Source: an uncultured archaeon
GTDB lineage: Archaea > Thermoplasmatota > Penumbrarchaeia > JASLWR01
NCBI GenBank assembly: GCA_964430885.1
Contig: CAYSHM010000029.1
Span: 1 to 24,000, forward strand
Length of the DNA: 24,000 bases
Reading direction: 5' to 3'
Shown here piece by piece: positions 7,049 through 15,350 of the stretch. The notes beneath the pieces were generated by a model, which saw only the letters and a list, made by a program, of their open reading frames with translations, was not told the DNA's origin and made no database searches. The position numbers were made by a program, and so were the translations under genes. Each line of letters starts with the position of its first letter. Within the stretch, counting starts at the first letter, position 1.

Positions 7049-7369
7049 TTAAATATACTTCTCGATCTTGCCCGCCAACTGATCCTTGGACTGAAAACCC
7101 ACGATCCTGTCAACCTGATTACCGCCCTTAATAATTAGGAGGGTCGGAATACTTCGGACGCCGAACTTCATGGATGTGGCCGGATTGTCATCTACATTCA
7201 ACTTTCCTACAACAAGTTTTCCTTTATAATCCTTGGCCAATTCTTCAAGGACCGGACCTATCATCCTGCACGGACCGCACCAAGGGGCCCAGAAATCCAG
7301 CAGTACCAGTTCATTGTCGTTCACTATGCTGTCAAAAGTGGAATCCGTTACTTTAGTAGTTCCTACCAT
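7049..7369 (-). CDS. trxA: thioredoxin
   Basis: WAPWCGPC active site and the cis-Pro motif SIPTLLI. The product is 106 aa from the ATG at 7369. AGGTGATC lies 5 nt upstream and overlaps the arsR stop codon. The GTG at 7378 in the ORF track is less likely. Confidence 0.9.
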   Translation of the reverse strand: MVGTTKVTDSTFDSIVNDNELVLLDFWAPWCGPCRMIGPVLEELAKDYKGKLVVGKLNVDDNPATSMKFGVRSIPTLLIIKGGNQVDRIVGFQSKDQLAGKIEKYI

Positions 7370-7374
7370 TGTGA

Positions 7375-7701
7375 TCACCTATTATCTATCTCCTTCAAGA
7401 ACTCTGTGTCTTTTCGAAGCTGTTCAATTATCACCTGATGCATAATATCCATTGCATCAAGTATCTTTTTGTTCCCGATGCTGTAGAACACATTAGTGCC
7501 GTCCTTTCTAGATCTGACTATCTTTCTATCCCTTAGGAACCCAAGATGCTGGGACATGCTGGGCTGGCTCAACTCAAGCTCTTCGCACAGTTCACCCACT
7601 GACAATTCCCCATTCTTCAAGAGACTAAGTATTCTGAGCCTTATGGGGTTTGTGAACACCTTACAGATATCAGCATGCATCTTCAGTATTGCATCGGACA
7701 T
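7375..7701 (-). CDS. ArsR/SmtB family winged-helix transcriptional regulator
   Basis: ADICKVFTNPIRLRILSLLKNGELSVGELCEELELSQPSMSQHLGFLRDRKIVRSRKDGTNVFYSI is the canonical ArsR HTH region. It has two Cys (ADIC, GELC) but no ELCVCD arsenic-site motif. Confidence 0.9.
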   Translation of the reverse strand: MSDAILKMHADICKVFTNPIRLRILSLLKNGELSVGELCEELELSQPSMSQHLGFLRDRKIVRSRKDGTNVFYSIGNKKILDAMDIMHQVIIEQLRKDTEFLKEIDNR

Positions 7702-8019
7702 ATTATATCCCCGTTAAGCAGAGTTCAGACATCAGAGTCACTGCCTGACCTCCTGCCTACTATATTCACATATAAGAATATTATTATATTTATATATTAT
7801 TATATGATTTAATTTGGAAGAGGATTGGTGACAATTCATTGATGAAATGAAAAGCATCTTCAAATGAAAAATCAGTTCTTCAATAAATCGGGAAAAGGTA
7901 ATATTTCAATATTGCATTCAAGGTATTTGTATTAAGGTTGTTGCTTGCAGATTTATTTGACAATCCTGATATTTGGGTATGTTTAATACAGTTTACACCG
8001 AACGGATGGAGGAATTCCC

Positions 8020-9681
8020 GTGAATCCGGATATAGAAGAAGAAAATAGAAAGGAAGGTTACGACGATTGGTTGTTACCCGAGGAAACCCGTGAAATGCTG
8101 GTTGAGATGTTCCAAGAACTCAAAGACGATGTCAATCTGGAAGTCTTTTTGAACGATGACAACGAGGATCCTTTCAATCAACTGACCTATCAATTCACAA
8201 GGGACCTGGCTAGGATATCTGAAAAGATAAAGGTCAATGTAAATGACCTGAAAGGCGGAAGTGCAGAGAAATTCCATGTCGAGAGGGGCCCTTCCGTTCT
8301 GATATCTCCTGAAAAATACAGCATAAGGTTCACCGGAGCACCTGCCGGCGAGGAGGGGAAATCATTTCTGAAGGGATTGATACTTGCCTCCACTGGCGAT
8401 AGTGAACTAGAGGTGGCCCAGAGGAAACTGCTGGCCGAACTCAATGAAAAGCGCCAGGCAATGATATTCGTTACTCCGGGATGTCCATACTGTCCGGGTC
8501 AAGTGGTGAATGCCTTCAGAGCTGCAGTAGAAAGACCTGACCTTGTAAAGGCAGAGTGTATTGAGGCCAGCGGGAACATTGACCTGGCAAGGAAATATAA
8601 TGTGGGTGCGGTACCCCATACCGTGATCAATGGAATCACCACCAGCAGAGGACTTGAACCGGAAGATAGATTCATAGAGGAACTTATAACACTTGAGCTC
8701 GAGGAAGACATGAAAAAAGCTAAAGCAAAGCCTTCCCTCAAGGTTCCGGAATCAGGGACCGAAGATGTAGAACTGGTCATCATAGGAGCCGGACCTGCAG
8801 GAATCACTGCGGGAATATATGCAGTGAGGAGCGGAATGAAAGCGGTCATTATTGAAAAGGACAATGTGGGCGGACAGGTGGCCCTGACCCCCGTTGTAGA
8901 AAATTATCCCGGCTTCAAGAACATACCTGGGAAAAACCTCATGGACATATTGAAAGCCCAAGCCCTAGACTATGTTCCCATTCTTGAGAATGAGGGTATT
9001 GAGGAGATCAAAGTGGGTAAAAGGATAGAGGTAATCTCATCCAAGAGACGGTTCCTTTGCGATTCCGTGATCGTGGCCACTGGAGCAGAGCATAGAAAAC
9101 TGGGAGTAAAGGGTGAAGAGCGTTTATCGGGACGCGGGGTCTCCTACTGCGCTACCTGCGATGGTTATCTTTACAGGGGCAAAAAGGTCCTTGTAGTAGG
9201 CGGCGGTGATTCCGCCCTGACTGACTCGCTATACCTGAACAGCCTTGGGGCCAAGGTGCGTATTGTCCATAGACGCGACGAGCTGAGGGGCCAATCCTAT
9301 CTAAGAGAATCAATAGAGAGGGAGAACATACCTGTTATTTGGAATAGTGTGGTGAAACGCATAGGAGGTAAGGATAAGGTTAAGGGAATTGAACTTGAGG
9401 ACACTTCCAGCGGTGCAATCAAGAAGATGTCCGTAGATGCAGTATTCATCTCAGTTGGGTACAATCCCAATAGCCAACTGCTCCAAGATATCGGAGTAAA
9501 GGTCAATGAATACGGTTTTGTCCAAGTTGGTAGAAGATGTCGGACCAATATACCCCGCATCTATGCTGCCGGTGACATCACCGGAGGTGTCAGACAGATC
9601 GTGACAGCGGTCAGCGAAGGGGCTACCGCTGCACTTTCCGCATATGAGAACCTGCATAATCCTTACTGGAAATCCCGCTGA
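8020..9681 (+). CDS. fusion of a protein-disulfide-oxidoreductase (PDO)/AhpF-N-terminal-like double Trx-fold domain to NADPH thioredoxin reductase
   Basis: GTG start with GGAGG 6 nt upstream. The N-terminal 235 aa or so resemble archaeal PDO (IRFTGAPAGEE, IFVTPGCPYCP with Cys codons at 8482 and 8491, YNVGAVPHTVING). The first-fold CxxC is absent. The C-terminal part is TrxR: VIIGAGPAGITAG (FAD), CATCDG (Cys codons at 9148 and 9157), VVGGGDSA plus HRRDELR (NADPH). Confidence 0.9.
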   Translation: MNPDIEEENRKEGYDDWLLPEETREMLVEMFQELKDDVNLEVFLNDDNEDPFNQLTYQFTRDLARISEKIKVNVNDLKGGSAEKFHVERGPSVLISPEKYSIRFTGAPAGEEGKSFLKGLILASTGDSELEVAQRKLLAELNEKRQAMIFVTPGCPYCPGQVVNAFRAAVERPDLVKAECIEASGNIDLARKYNVGAVPHTVINGITTSRGLEPEDRFIEELITLELEEDMKKAKAKPSLKVPESGTEDVELVIIGAGPAGITAGIYAVRSGMKAVIIEKDNVGGQVALTPVVENYPGFKNIPGKNLMDILKAQALDYVPILENEGIEEIKVGKRIEVISSKRRFLCDSVIVATGAEHRKLGVKGEERLSGRGVSYCATCDGYLYRGKKVLVVGGGDSALTDSLYLNSLGAKVRIVHRRDELRGQSYLRESIERENIPVIWNSVVKRIGGKDKVKGIELEDTSSGAIKKMSVDAVFISVGYNPNSQLLQDIGVKVNEYGFVQVGRRCRTNIPRIYAAGDITGGVRQIVTAVSEGATAALSAYENLHNPYWKSR

Positions 9682-9684
9682 TGT

Positions 9685-10512
9685 TTACTTCTTTTCCACA
9701 ATATGAAGGTCCATCTGGGGATAGGGTATCTTGATGTCTGTTCGGTCATAGGATTCCTTCAGACTCTTCTTCATCTCAAAGAACACATCCCAGTAATCAG
9801 CGGTCTTGACCCAGGGTCTTACAACCAGCTTAACAGCCGATTCACCCATCTCCTTTACAGCGACCTGAGGCTCGGGTTTTTTCAGCACCTTTTTATGGGT
9901 GTTAAGAAGGTGCATTGTAACGGTCATGACCTTGTTCAGGTCCGCCTTATAGGACACTCCTACTTCCATATCCACTCTTCTCATGTTGTTCCGGGTATAA
10001 TTGATGATATTTGCACTCCATACCAGTTTATTGGGTATTATGATATGCTTATTGTCCGGCGTATCCATCTCGGTTGTATTGATTCCCACAATCTTTATTG
10101 ATCCTTCCACACCGTTCACGCTTACATAATCATCCTTCTTGAAAGGCTTGGTTACGGAGATCATGAACCCTGCGGCGATGTTGGACAGAGTTCCCTCCAG
10201 AGCAAATCCCAATACAAAACCTAAAACCACTGATATGCTCACCAATGCAGCACCAAGATTCACACCCAAGAAGGCCAAAGCTATACCAAAAACGAATATA
10301 TAGAGCAGTACTCTCAGCACCTTTGTGGTAAACTTGATAAGTATCTCATCCACACCGCTCTTCTTCATTGTCTTGGTCAACGATAAAGAGATCAGTTTAA
10401 CAATAAGTATACCTATGATCAGCACAATACAGAACATAAATATGTTCCATATGCTGACACCTACAACGGGTAGTTCTTCCGTCAATTCATAACCTAATAT
10501 TTCGGCAGCCAT
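9685..10512 (-). CDS. small-conductance mechanosensitive channel (MscS family)
   Basis: Three N-terminal TM helices are followed by the MscS core: GTLSNIAAGFMISVTKPFKKDDYVSVNGVEGSIKIVGINTTEMDTPDNKHIIIPNKLV. The ATG at 10512 is preceded by GTGAT. The ORF-track start at 10527 is a TTG. The stop lies 3 nt from the convergent trxR-fusion stop. Confidence 0.85.
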   Translation of the reverse strand: MAAEILGYELTEELPVVGVSIWNIFMFCIVLIIGILIVKLISLSLTKTMKKSGVDEILIKFTTKVLRVLLYIFVFGIALAFLGVNLGAALVSISVVLGFVLGFALEGTLSNIAAGFMISVTKPFKKDDYVSVNGVEGSIKIVGINTTEMDTPDNKHIIIPNKLVWSANIINYTRNNMRRVDMEVGVSYKADLNKVMTVTMHLLNTHKKVLKKPEPQVAVKEMGESAVKLVVRPWVKTADYWDVFFEMKKSLKESYDRTDIKIPYPQMDLHIVEKK

Positions 10513-10655
10513 TTTATCACAATACAACCTATAAAATCAATATTATTTAAGAATTCCCATAAGGCAACCCGAATAGAATAGAGTAAAATAAAATGGGGAA
10601 TTAAATCAATAAACAAACTGTAAATCGGGGGTGTATTAAGGGCGCCTAGGTAAAC

Positions 10656-11324
10656 CTAACAAACAAATATCTTCACCGCATCCAAAGTAACATCTACCTC
10701 TGCTTCTTCAAGTTCCTCGCCATTCTTGTAGATATAACCCTGAGAATCCAGAAGATATACGCTCCCTTCATGAACGGATATTGAGCGGGCGCCCATTGAG
10801 GTTTCGATCTCACCATCTTCGTACTCTGCACCGTTCTTGTAGACATACCCTTCTGAATCGAGAATATATATGTCGTCTCCTTCGACTGAAAGGTCCACCG
10901 CTTCGATAGCGGTTTCGGGCACCCTCGATTCATCTGAAACACCATTAACGTACAAATAGCCCTCGCTATCCAGTATATAGATCTGATCGCCAATGACATC
11001 AAGGGCTGCAGCATCAATTGTGATTTCAGGACATCGGGATTCATCTGAAATTCCGTTAATATAAAGATATCCCTGACTATCCAAAATATAGACAACTCCG
11101 TCAACAACTTTCATTGCTACAGCTTCCAAAGATATATCGGATTCGCCTTCCTCAAATTCTTCTCCATTCTTGTATACATAACCCTCGGAATCCAGAATGT
11201 ATAGGTCATCACCCTCTACACATATGTCTTTGGCTGAGATAGATACTTCGGGTACTCGATCATCTTCTTCGCCATTTCGGTAAACATAACCTTCGGTTTC
11301 CAATAAATAAACTGTTTCATCCAT
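10656..11324 (-). CDS. acidic six-repeat protein (6 x about 37 aa, consensus a-x-d-V-eGDd-iYiLDSeGYvYkNGee), probable small beta-propeller or beta-trefoil-like fold; no signal peptide
   Basis: The repeats are read directly from the translation. The ATG at 11324 (MDETVY) has GGTGAT 4 nt upstream and lies 5 nt after the PTP stop. The alternative ATG at 11336 would overlap the PTP gene by 7 nt. No known family is recognised by eye. Confidence 0.7.
   Translation of the reverse strand: MDETVYLLETEGYVYRNGEEDDRVPEVSISAKDICVEGDDLYILDSEGYVYKNGEEFEEGESDISLEAVAMKVVDGVVYILDSQGYLYINGISDESRCPEITIDAAALDVIGDQIYILDSEGYLYVNGVSDESRVPETAIEAVDLSVEGDDIYILDSEGYVYKNGAEYEDGEIETSMGARSISVHEGSVYLLDSQGYIYKNGEELEEAEVDVTLDAVKIFVC
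10659..11318 (-). repeat. intragenic tandem repeat, period about 111 nt (6 units)
   Basis: The six units are conserved at protein level but diverged at synonymous sites. For example, DDIYILDSEG is encoded gac gac ata tat att ctc gat tca gaa ggg in one unit, while DDLYILDSEG is gat gac cta tac att ctg gat tcc gag ggt in another. Confidence 0.8.
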
Positions 11325-11329
11325 GATTA

Positions 11330-11803
11330 TCACCATTTTCGCTTTATTTCTTTTTCCAATTTCCTAATGAAAAGCTCCACCGACTGCTCTAATATTCTCA
11401 CCATATCGCAGTATTTTGCATGAGGATAACCATATGGGTCCTCAACCTCCTGGCCCTTTGTTCCATATGCCCAGTCCATATAGAGATGAGTATTGCTGTG
11501 AACTGAAACATCCAGAAGGCCCTCCATCTCATAAACCCCCATGGGAAGTATCAGGTCCTGTTCACTGATGAGCGCAGGGGTAACTATCTTGGACCTATGC
11601 TCCATAACATCATCGATCCCCATATCTTCGGAAAGTATGGTGCGAACATGCCTTGACGCAGGATTCCCGGGATTGATCAGACCCGCCGAATCAACCAAAA
11701 CCTTACCATCCAAAGGGTGACCTTTTAGACCTTCTTTTAACAAATATTCAGCTGCGGGAGACCGGCAGATATTGCCGAGACAAGTGATCAGAATTTTGAA
11801 CAA
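11330..11803 (-). CDS. low-molecular-weight protein-tyrosine phosphatase (LMW-PTP)
   Basis: The P-loop is ILITCLGNICRSPAAE (CX5R-S) and the DPY general-acid motif is VEDPYGYP. The start is a TTG at 11803 with GGTG 7 nt upstream, and there is no in-frame ATG nearby. It lacks the extra Cys pair of LMW-PTP-type ArsC. Confidence 0.85.
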   Translation of the reverse strand: MFKILITCLGNICRSPAAEYLLKEGLKGHPLDGKVLVDSAGLINPGNPASRHVRTILSEDMGIDDVMEHRSKIVTPALISEQDLILPMGVYEMEGLLDVSVHSNTHLYMDWAYGTKGQEVEDPYGYPHAKYCDMVRILEQSVELFIRKLEKEIKRKW

Positions 11804-11868
11804 TATAACACCTTGGTCTTTTAAGTAAAAATATCGGTAATTGCATTAGTCTATTTCCCTGCATTATC

Positions 11869-12114
11869 CTAAATCCTGAATTTCACAATCCACTCAATAA
11901 GCTCAAGGGGAAGAGATTCATTAAGGGGAAACTTCATGCTCCCTTTAGAGTAAGTATAATCCGACAATTGATCTTCAAATTTCTCTATACCTATAGAAGT
12001 CAGACAGGAACCCAAATGGTTCTTAGAGGCTGGGGAATAGACCAACGGTACGTTGAGCTTGAAGGCCGGAATACAATAACTGAAAAGCTCATTGGTGAAC
12101 ATATCTTTAACCAT
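11869..12114 (-). CDS. DUF1801/YdhG-like domain protein, apparently N-terminally truncated (see finding on the in-frame TAA)
   Basis: SYCIPAFKLNVPLVY...KNHLG...YTYSKGSMKFPLNESLPLELIEWIVKFRI matches the C-terminal two-thirds of DUF1801 proteins (isYGMPaFkl...fKNHiGFYP...sKGtirFPldkPlP.eLI.kIVkfR). Several usually aromatic positions are substituted. Confidence 0.55.
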   Translation of the reverse strand: MVKDMFTNELFSYCIPAFKLNVPLVYSPASKNHLGSCLTSIGIEKFEDQLSDYTYSKGSMKFPLNESLPLELIEWIVKFRI

Positions 12115-12290
12115 TTGACGAAATCCATTTATTATAATTCTCGTGAAGTCATTTTAATGTACAAAATCTAATAGGACTTCCGTAATTTCAAACGCCTTTT
12201 TCTTAGAATCCATTTTTTAATTCACCTGTTTTATTAATAATGAACCCCATTTATTACGCTGTAATAATTATTATCGACGGTAGGAAAATC

Positions 12291-14504
12291 ATGGAACAAT
12301 ATATGAAAAAAATCAACATAGGCATCTCGGGCATGACCTGCGCCAAATGCGCATTGAATGTGGAAAAAGGCCTGAATTCCCTCAGGGGTGTGGAAAAAGT
12401 TAGTGTTAATCTTGCCGATGAATCGGCAGCTATTGTTTATGATAACTCTATTACCAACAAGACAAATATCAATGATGCAGTCCGAAAGGCGGGATACCGA
12501 CCCTTTGAACCCGAAGAGGAAGCAAGTGAGGAAGAAAACCGTAAAAGAGAACTTAAGAATAAGGTCATAAGGTTCTCCTTAGGATTCGCTTTGGCCGGAC
12601 CAATTATGCTCATAATGTACTTGATGAAGCTTGACCTTGTGATGATATCCAGAGTTAACATATTTCACTATATACTGTTTGGACTGGCCACACCCGTCTT
12701 CATATATATAAGCGCACCTATATTCAGTTCGGGCTTCAGATCTCTCCGGAACCGATCACTCAACATGGAAGTAATGTATTCAATGGGCATAGGTATCGCC
12801 TATGTCTCCAGTGTATTGGGCACCTTTGATCTATTCCTCAATGAGAATTTCATTTTTTACGATACATCCCTAATGTTGGCGTCATTCCTAATCCTGGGAA
12901 AATTCCTGGAAGCAAGAGCAAAGGGTAGAACCTCAAGGTCCATAAAGAAGTTAATGGGGCTTAGACCCGATTCTGCAAATATAATTGTGGATGGAAAGGT
13001 GAAAACAGTTCCTCTGGATATTGTAAATCCGGGTGACATTCTCGAAATCAGACCAGGTGATCGTGTTCCGGTTGACGGGAAGATAACAAAGGGAGAAGGA
13101 CTTGTTGATGAATCCATGATAACCGGCGAACCCATATCAGTCAGGAGAACCATTGGTGATAGTCTGATTGGAGGAACCATTAACAAGAACAGTATTCTTA
13201 GATTCAAAGCCACCAAAGTTGGCAATGATACAGTACTTTCAAGAATAATCGCTTTGGTGAAGGAAGCCCAGGGCAGCAAACCTCCGGTCCAGCGCCTGGC
13301 AGATAGGGTGGTTGCTTATTTCATACCTGTGATACTGGCAATAGCTATACTATCCTCAATTGCCTGGTACACTTACGATGGCTCACTGATCTTCTCCACC
13401 ACGGTTCTGATAAGCGTACTGGTTGTTGCCTGCCCTTGTGCTTTGGGATTGGCTACTCCCACAGCTGTGACCGTGGGAATTGGAAGAGCCGCCCAACTCG
13501 GAATCCTGATAAAAAGAGGTGAAATACTGGAAGTCGCCCCAAATTTGGATACAGTTGTATTTGATAAGACCGGAACATTGACCCAGGGTCATCCAAAAGT
13601 GATCAAGGTAATACCTTACGGCACACGAAAAAAGGACCTGCTTCTTTATGCCGGAAGTCTTGAAAAGAATTCCAACCATCCTCTTGCTGAAGCGGTTGTG
13701 AAAGCTGCTGAAAAATCCGGTCATAAATTACTTGATGTACACAATTTTAATTCGATCGAAGGAAAAGGAGTCGAAGGACAGATAGGAAATAAAAATGTCA
13801 TTGTGGGGAAACTGGGATTTCTCAATGAGAAGGGATTAACAGCGGAAAAAGAATATTTGGACGGATTAGGAAATGAATCTTCACAAAGCACTATAGTTTT
13901 TGTTGGTATGAACAACAGATTCATAGGCGCACTGGCCATTAGAGATAAGGAGAAAGAAAACTCGCACCAGGCAGTTAAAACCCTGAAGGACATGGGTTTA
14001 GAAGTGATAATGATAACCGGCGATTCTCAACAAACGGCAGAGAATATTGCAGAGATCCTCGGCATAGAAAAGGTGATCGCTGGTGTACTGCCTGAGGAAA
14101 AAGCGAAGGAAGTAAAGAAACTGCAGGCAGAGGGAAAAAAGGTAGCCTTTGTGGGAGACGGTATTAACGACGCTCCGGCCCTGGCACAAGCGGATGTCGG
14201 TATAGCTATTGGTGGAGGAACTGACGTAGCAGTGGAAAGCGGGGGCATCGTGCTCATGAAAGATGATCCTATAGATGTAGCCAGATCCCTCCTGATCAGC
14301 AAAAAGGTCATGGGCAGAATAAAGCAGAACCTCTTCTGGGCATTTGCCTATAATAGTGCTTTGGTACCCCTGGCTGCAGGTGGGTTGACCATATTCACGG
14401 ACCTCACATTCCCGCCTGAACTTGCAGGAGGGGCAATGGCCCTTTCATCTGTCACGGTGATCTCGCTATCATTGATGCTGAAAAAGTATGAACCGAAGTT
14501 GTGA
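12291..14504 (+). CDS. copA: copper-translocating P1B-type ATPase
   Basis: The N-terminal HMA domain carries GMTCAKC. Other motifs are TGE (ITGEP), the CPC metal site (ACPCALGLATP), DKTGTLT phosphorylation site, GDGINDAP hinge and HP (SNHPLAEA). I prefer the ATG at 12291 (MEQYMKKINIG) over 12240, which adds 17 hydrophobic residues upstream of the HMA fold. Confidence 0.95.
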   Translation: MEQYMKKINIGISGMTCAKCALNVEKGLNSLRGVEKVSVNLADESAAIVYDNSITNKTNINDAVRKAGYRPFEPEEEASEEENRKRELKNKVIRFSLGFALAGPIMLIMYLMKLDLVMISRVNIFHYILFGLATPVFIYISAPIFSSGFRSLRNRSLNMEVMYSMGIGIAYVSSVLGTFDLFLNENFIFYDTSLMLASFLILGKFLEARAKGRTSRSIKKLMGLRPDSANIIVDGKVKTVPLDIVNPGDILEIRPGDRVPVDGKITKGEGLVDESMITGEPISVRRTIGDSLIGGTINKNSILRFKATKVGNDTVLSRIIALVKEAQGSKPPVQRLADRVVAYFIPVILAIAILSSIAWYTYDGSLIFSTTVLISVLVVACPCALGLATPTAVTVGIGRAAQLGILIKRGEILEVAPNLDTVVFDKTGTLTQGHPKVIKVIPYGTRKKDLLLYAGSLEKNSNHPLAEAVVKAAEKSGHKLLDVHNFNSIEGKGVEGQIGNKNVIVGKLGFLNEKGLTAEKEYLDGLGNESSQSTIVFVGMNNRFIGALAIRDKEKENSHQAVKTLKDMGLEVIMITGDSQQTAENIAEILGIEKVIAGVLPEEKAKEVKKLQAEGKKVAFVGDGINDAPALAQADVGIAIGGGTDVAVESGGIVLMKDDPIDVARSLLISKKVMGRIKQNLFWAFAYNSALVPLAAGGLTIFTDLTFPPELAGGAMALSSVTVISLSLMLKKYEPKL

Positions 14505-14658
14505 ATTATCAATAAACCACAATAGTATTGCTCGAGCGTTTAGGTTATTTCCTTATCCATTAACTTCAATAGATAATAGCAAAATTGTGAAATAACATTA
14601 ATCATTCCATTGATTTTATCCAAATAACTTAAGACAAGCACTTTAATGAGGATTTTTC

Positions 14659-15246
14659 ATGATCGATAGTCAATATTCCAACGCCAACGATGTTTTCAAA
14701 GGAGACCTATTCAGAGTACAGGAAAAAGTGCTCACTATTGGAAAGAAATATTTCATATACCGGGGACAGGAGCAGGTTGGATTCTGCAAACAGAAGATGT
14801 TCAAACTCAAAGAGGATATCAGGATATACACTGACGAGAACATGGACCGGGAACTCATGAAGATCAAGCAGGAGCAGGTTCTGGATTTCTCGGGTTCTTT
14901 TCAGGTCATTGATTCAGCTACAAATGAACTCCTTGGAATCCTGAAACGGAAGGGTTTAAAATCCATCATAGTTGATGAATGGCACATATTCAACAGCAAC
15001 AGGGAGCAGATTGGAAAAATAAAGGAAGATAGCGTAATAATGGGAATAATAAGGCGGAAGTTACCCTTCATACCCAACGAACTGTATATCAGACATCATG
15101 GTTCCAAGATAGCGGTGATCAAGGAGCATTTCAAGATTTGGGGTAATAAATACGACCTTTTCATCAACAACGACCAGAAAATGACTCTGGATCGAAGGCT
15201 CGCAGTTGCCGTCCTTCTTATGATGGCACTGTTCGAATCCAAGTGA
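14659..15246 (+). CDS. LURP-one-related/scramblase-like (tubby C-terminal-like, DUF567/YxjI-type) protein
   Basis: 195 aa. The alternating beta-strand pattern and a C-terminal hydrophobic helix (RRLAVAVLLMMALF) resemble B. subtilis YxjI-type proteins by eye. GAGGA lies 6 nt upstream of the ATG. The family call is tentative. Confidence 0.55.
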   Translation: MIDSQYSNANDVFKGDLFRVQEKVLTIGKKYFIYRGQEQVGFCKQKMFKLKEDIRIYTDENMDRELMKIKQEQVLDFSGSFQVIDSATNELLGILKRKGLKSIIVDEWHIFNSNREQIGKIKEDSVIMGIIRRKLPFIPNELYIRHHGSKIAVIKEHFKIWGNKYDLFINNDQKMTLDRRLAVAVLLMMALFESK

Positions 15247-15350
15247 ACAGGTGATTGTTCGAAATTAAACATATTCGTGTCTGTTTTCTAACATTTATTT
15301 TTCAACTATAGTTTAATATAATATTTTCCAACTTACCATTTCTCGATATC

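Noticed and set aside
8074-9657. Multiple minus-strand ORFs of 67-121 aa inside the PDO-TrxR gene. Similar antisense or alternative-frame ORFs occur inside copA (12388..14311), the PLD-domain gene (16290..18547), the GT4 gene (18747..19685), the aminotransferase (21664..22493), the CDF gene and sfsA.
   Set aside because: All are nested within strongly supported genes. They lack RBS and recognisable motifs, and their translations have the skewed Ser/Pro/Leu-rich composition typical of antisense frames.
9679-9687. The convergent PDO-TrxR and mscS stop codons are only 3 nt apart, with no terminator between them.
   Set aside because: This is real but unremarkable in compact archaeal genomes. Nothing suggests function beyond possible transcriptional read-through or antisense overlap.
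10659-11318. The regular 111-nt periodicity could superficially suggest a CRISPR-like or satellite array. The 137-aa alternative-frame ORF at 10694..11107 was also considered.
   Set aside because: The periodicity is in-frame coding repeats of one ORF, with no repeat-spacer structure and with units that diverge at synonymous sites. The alternative-frame ORF is a by-product of the repeat and has no independent support.
7375-11803. ArsR plus LMW-PTP (ArsC-like) as an arsenic resistance operon.
   Set aside because: The two genes are 3.6 kb apart and in different transcription units. No arsB/acr3/arsA is present, the regulator lacks the As(III) Cys triad motif, and the phosphatase lacks the Cys82/Cys89-type relay of LMW-PTP-type ArsC.
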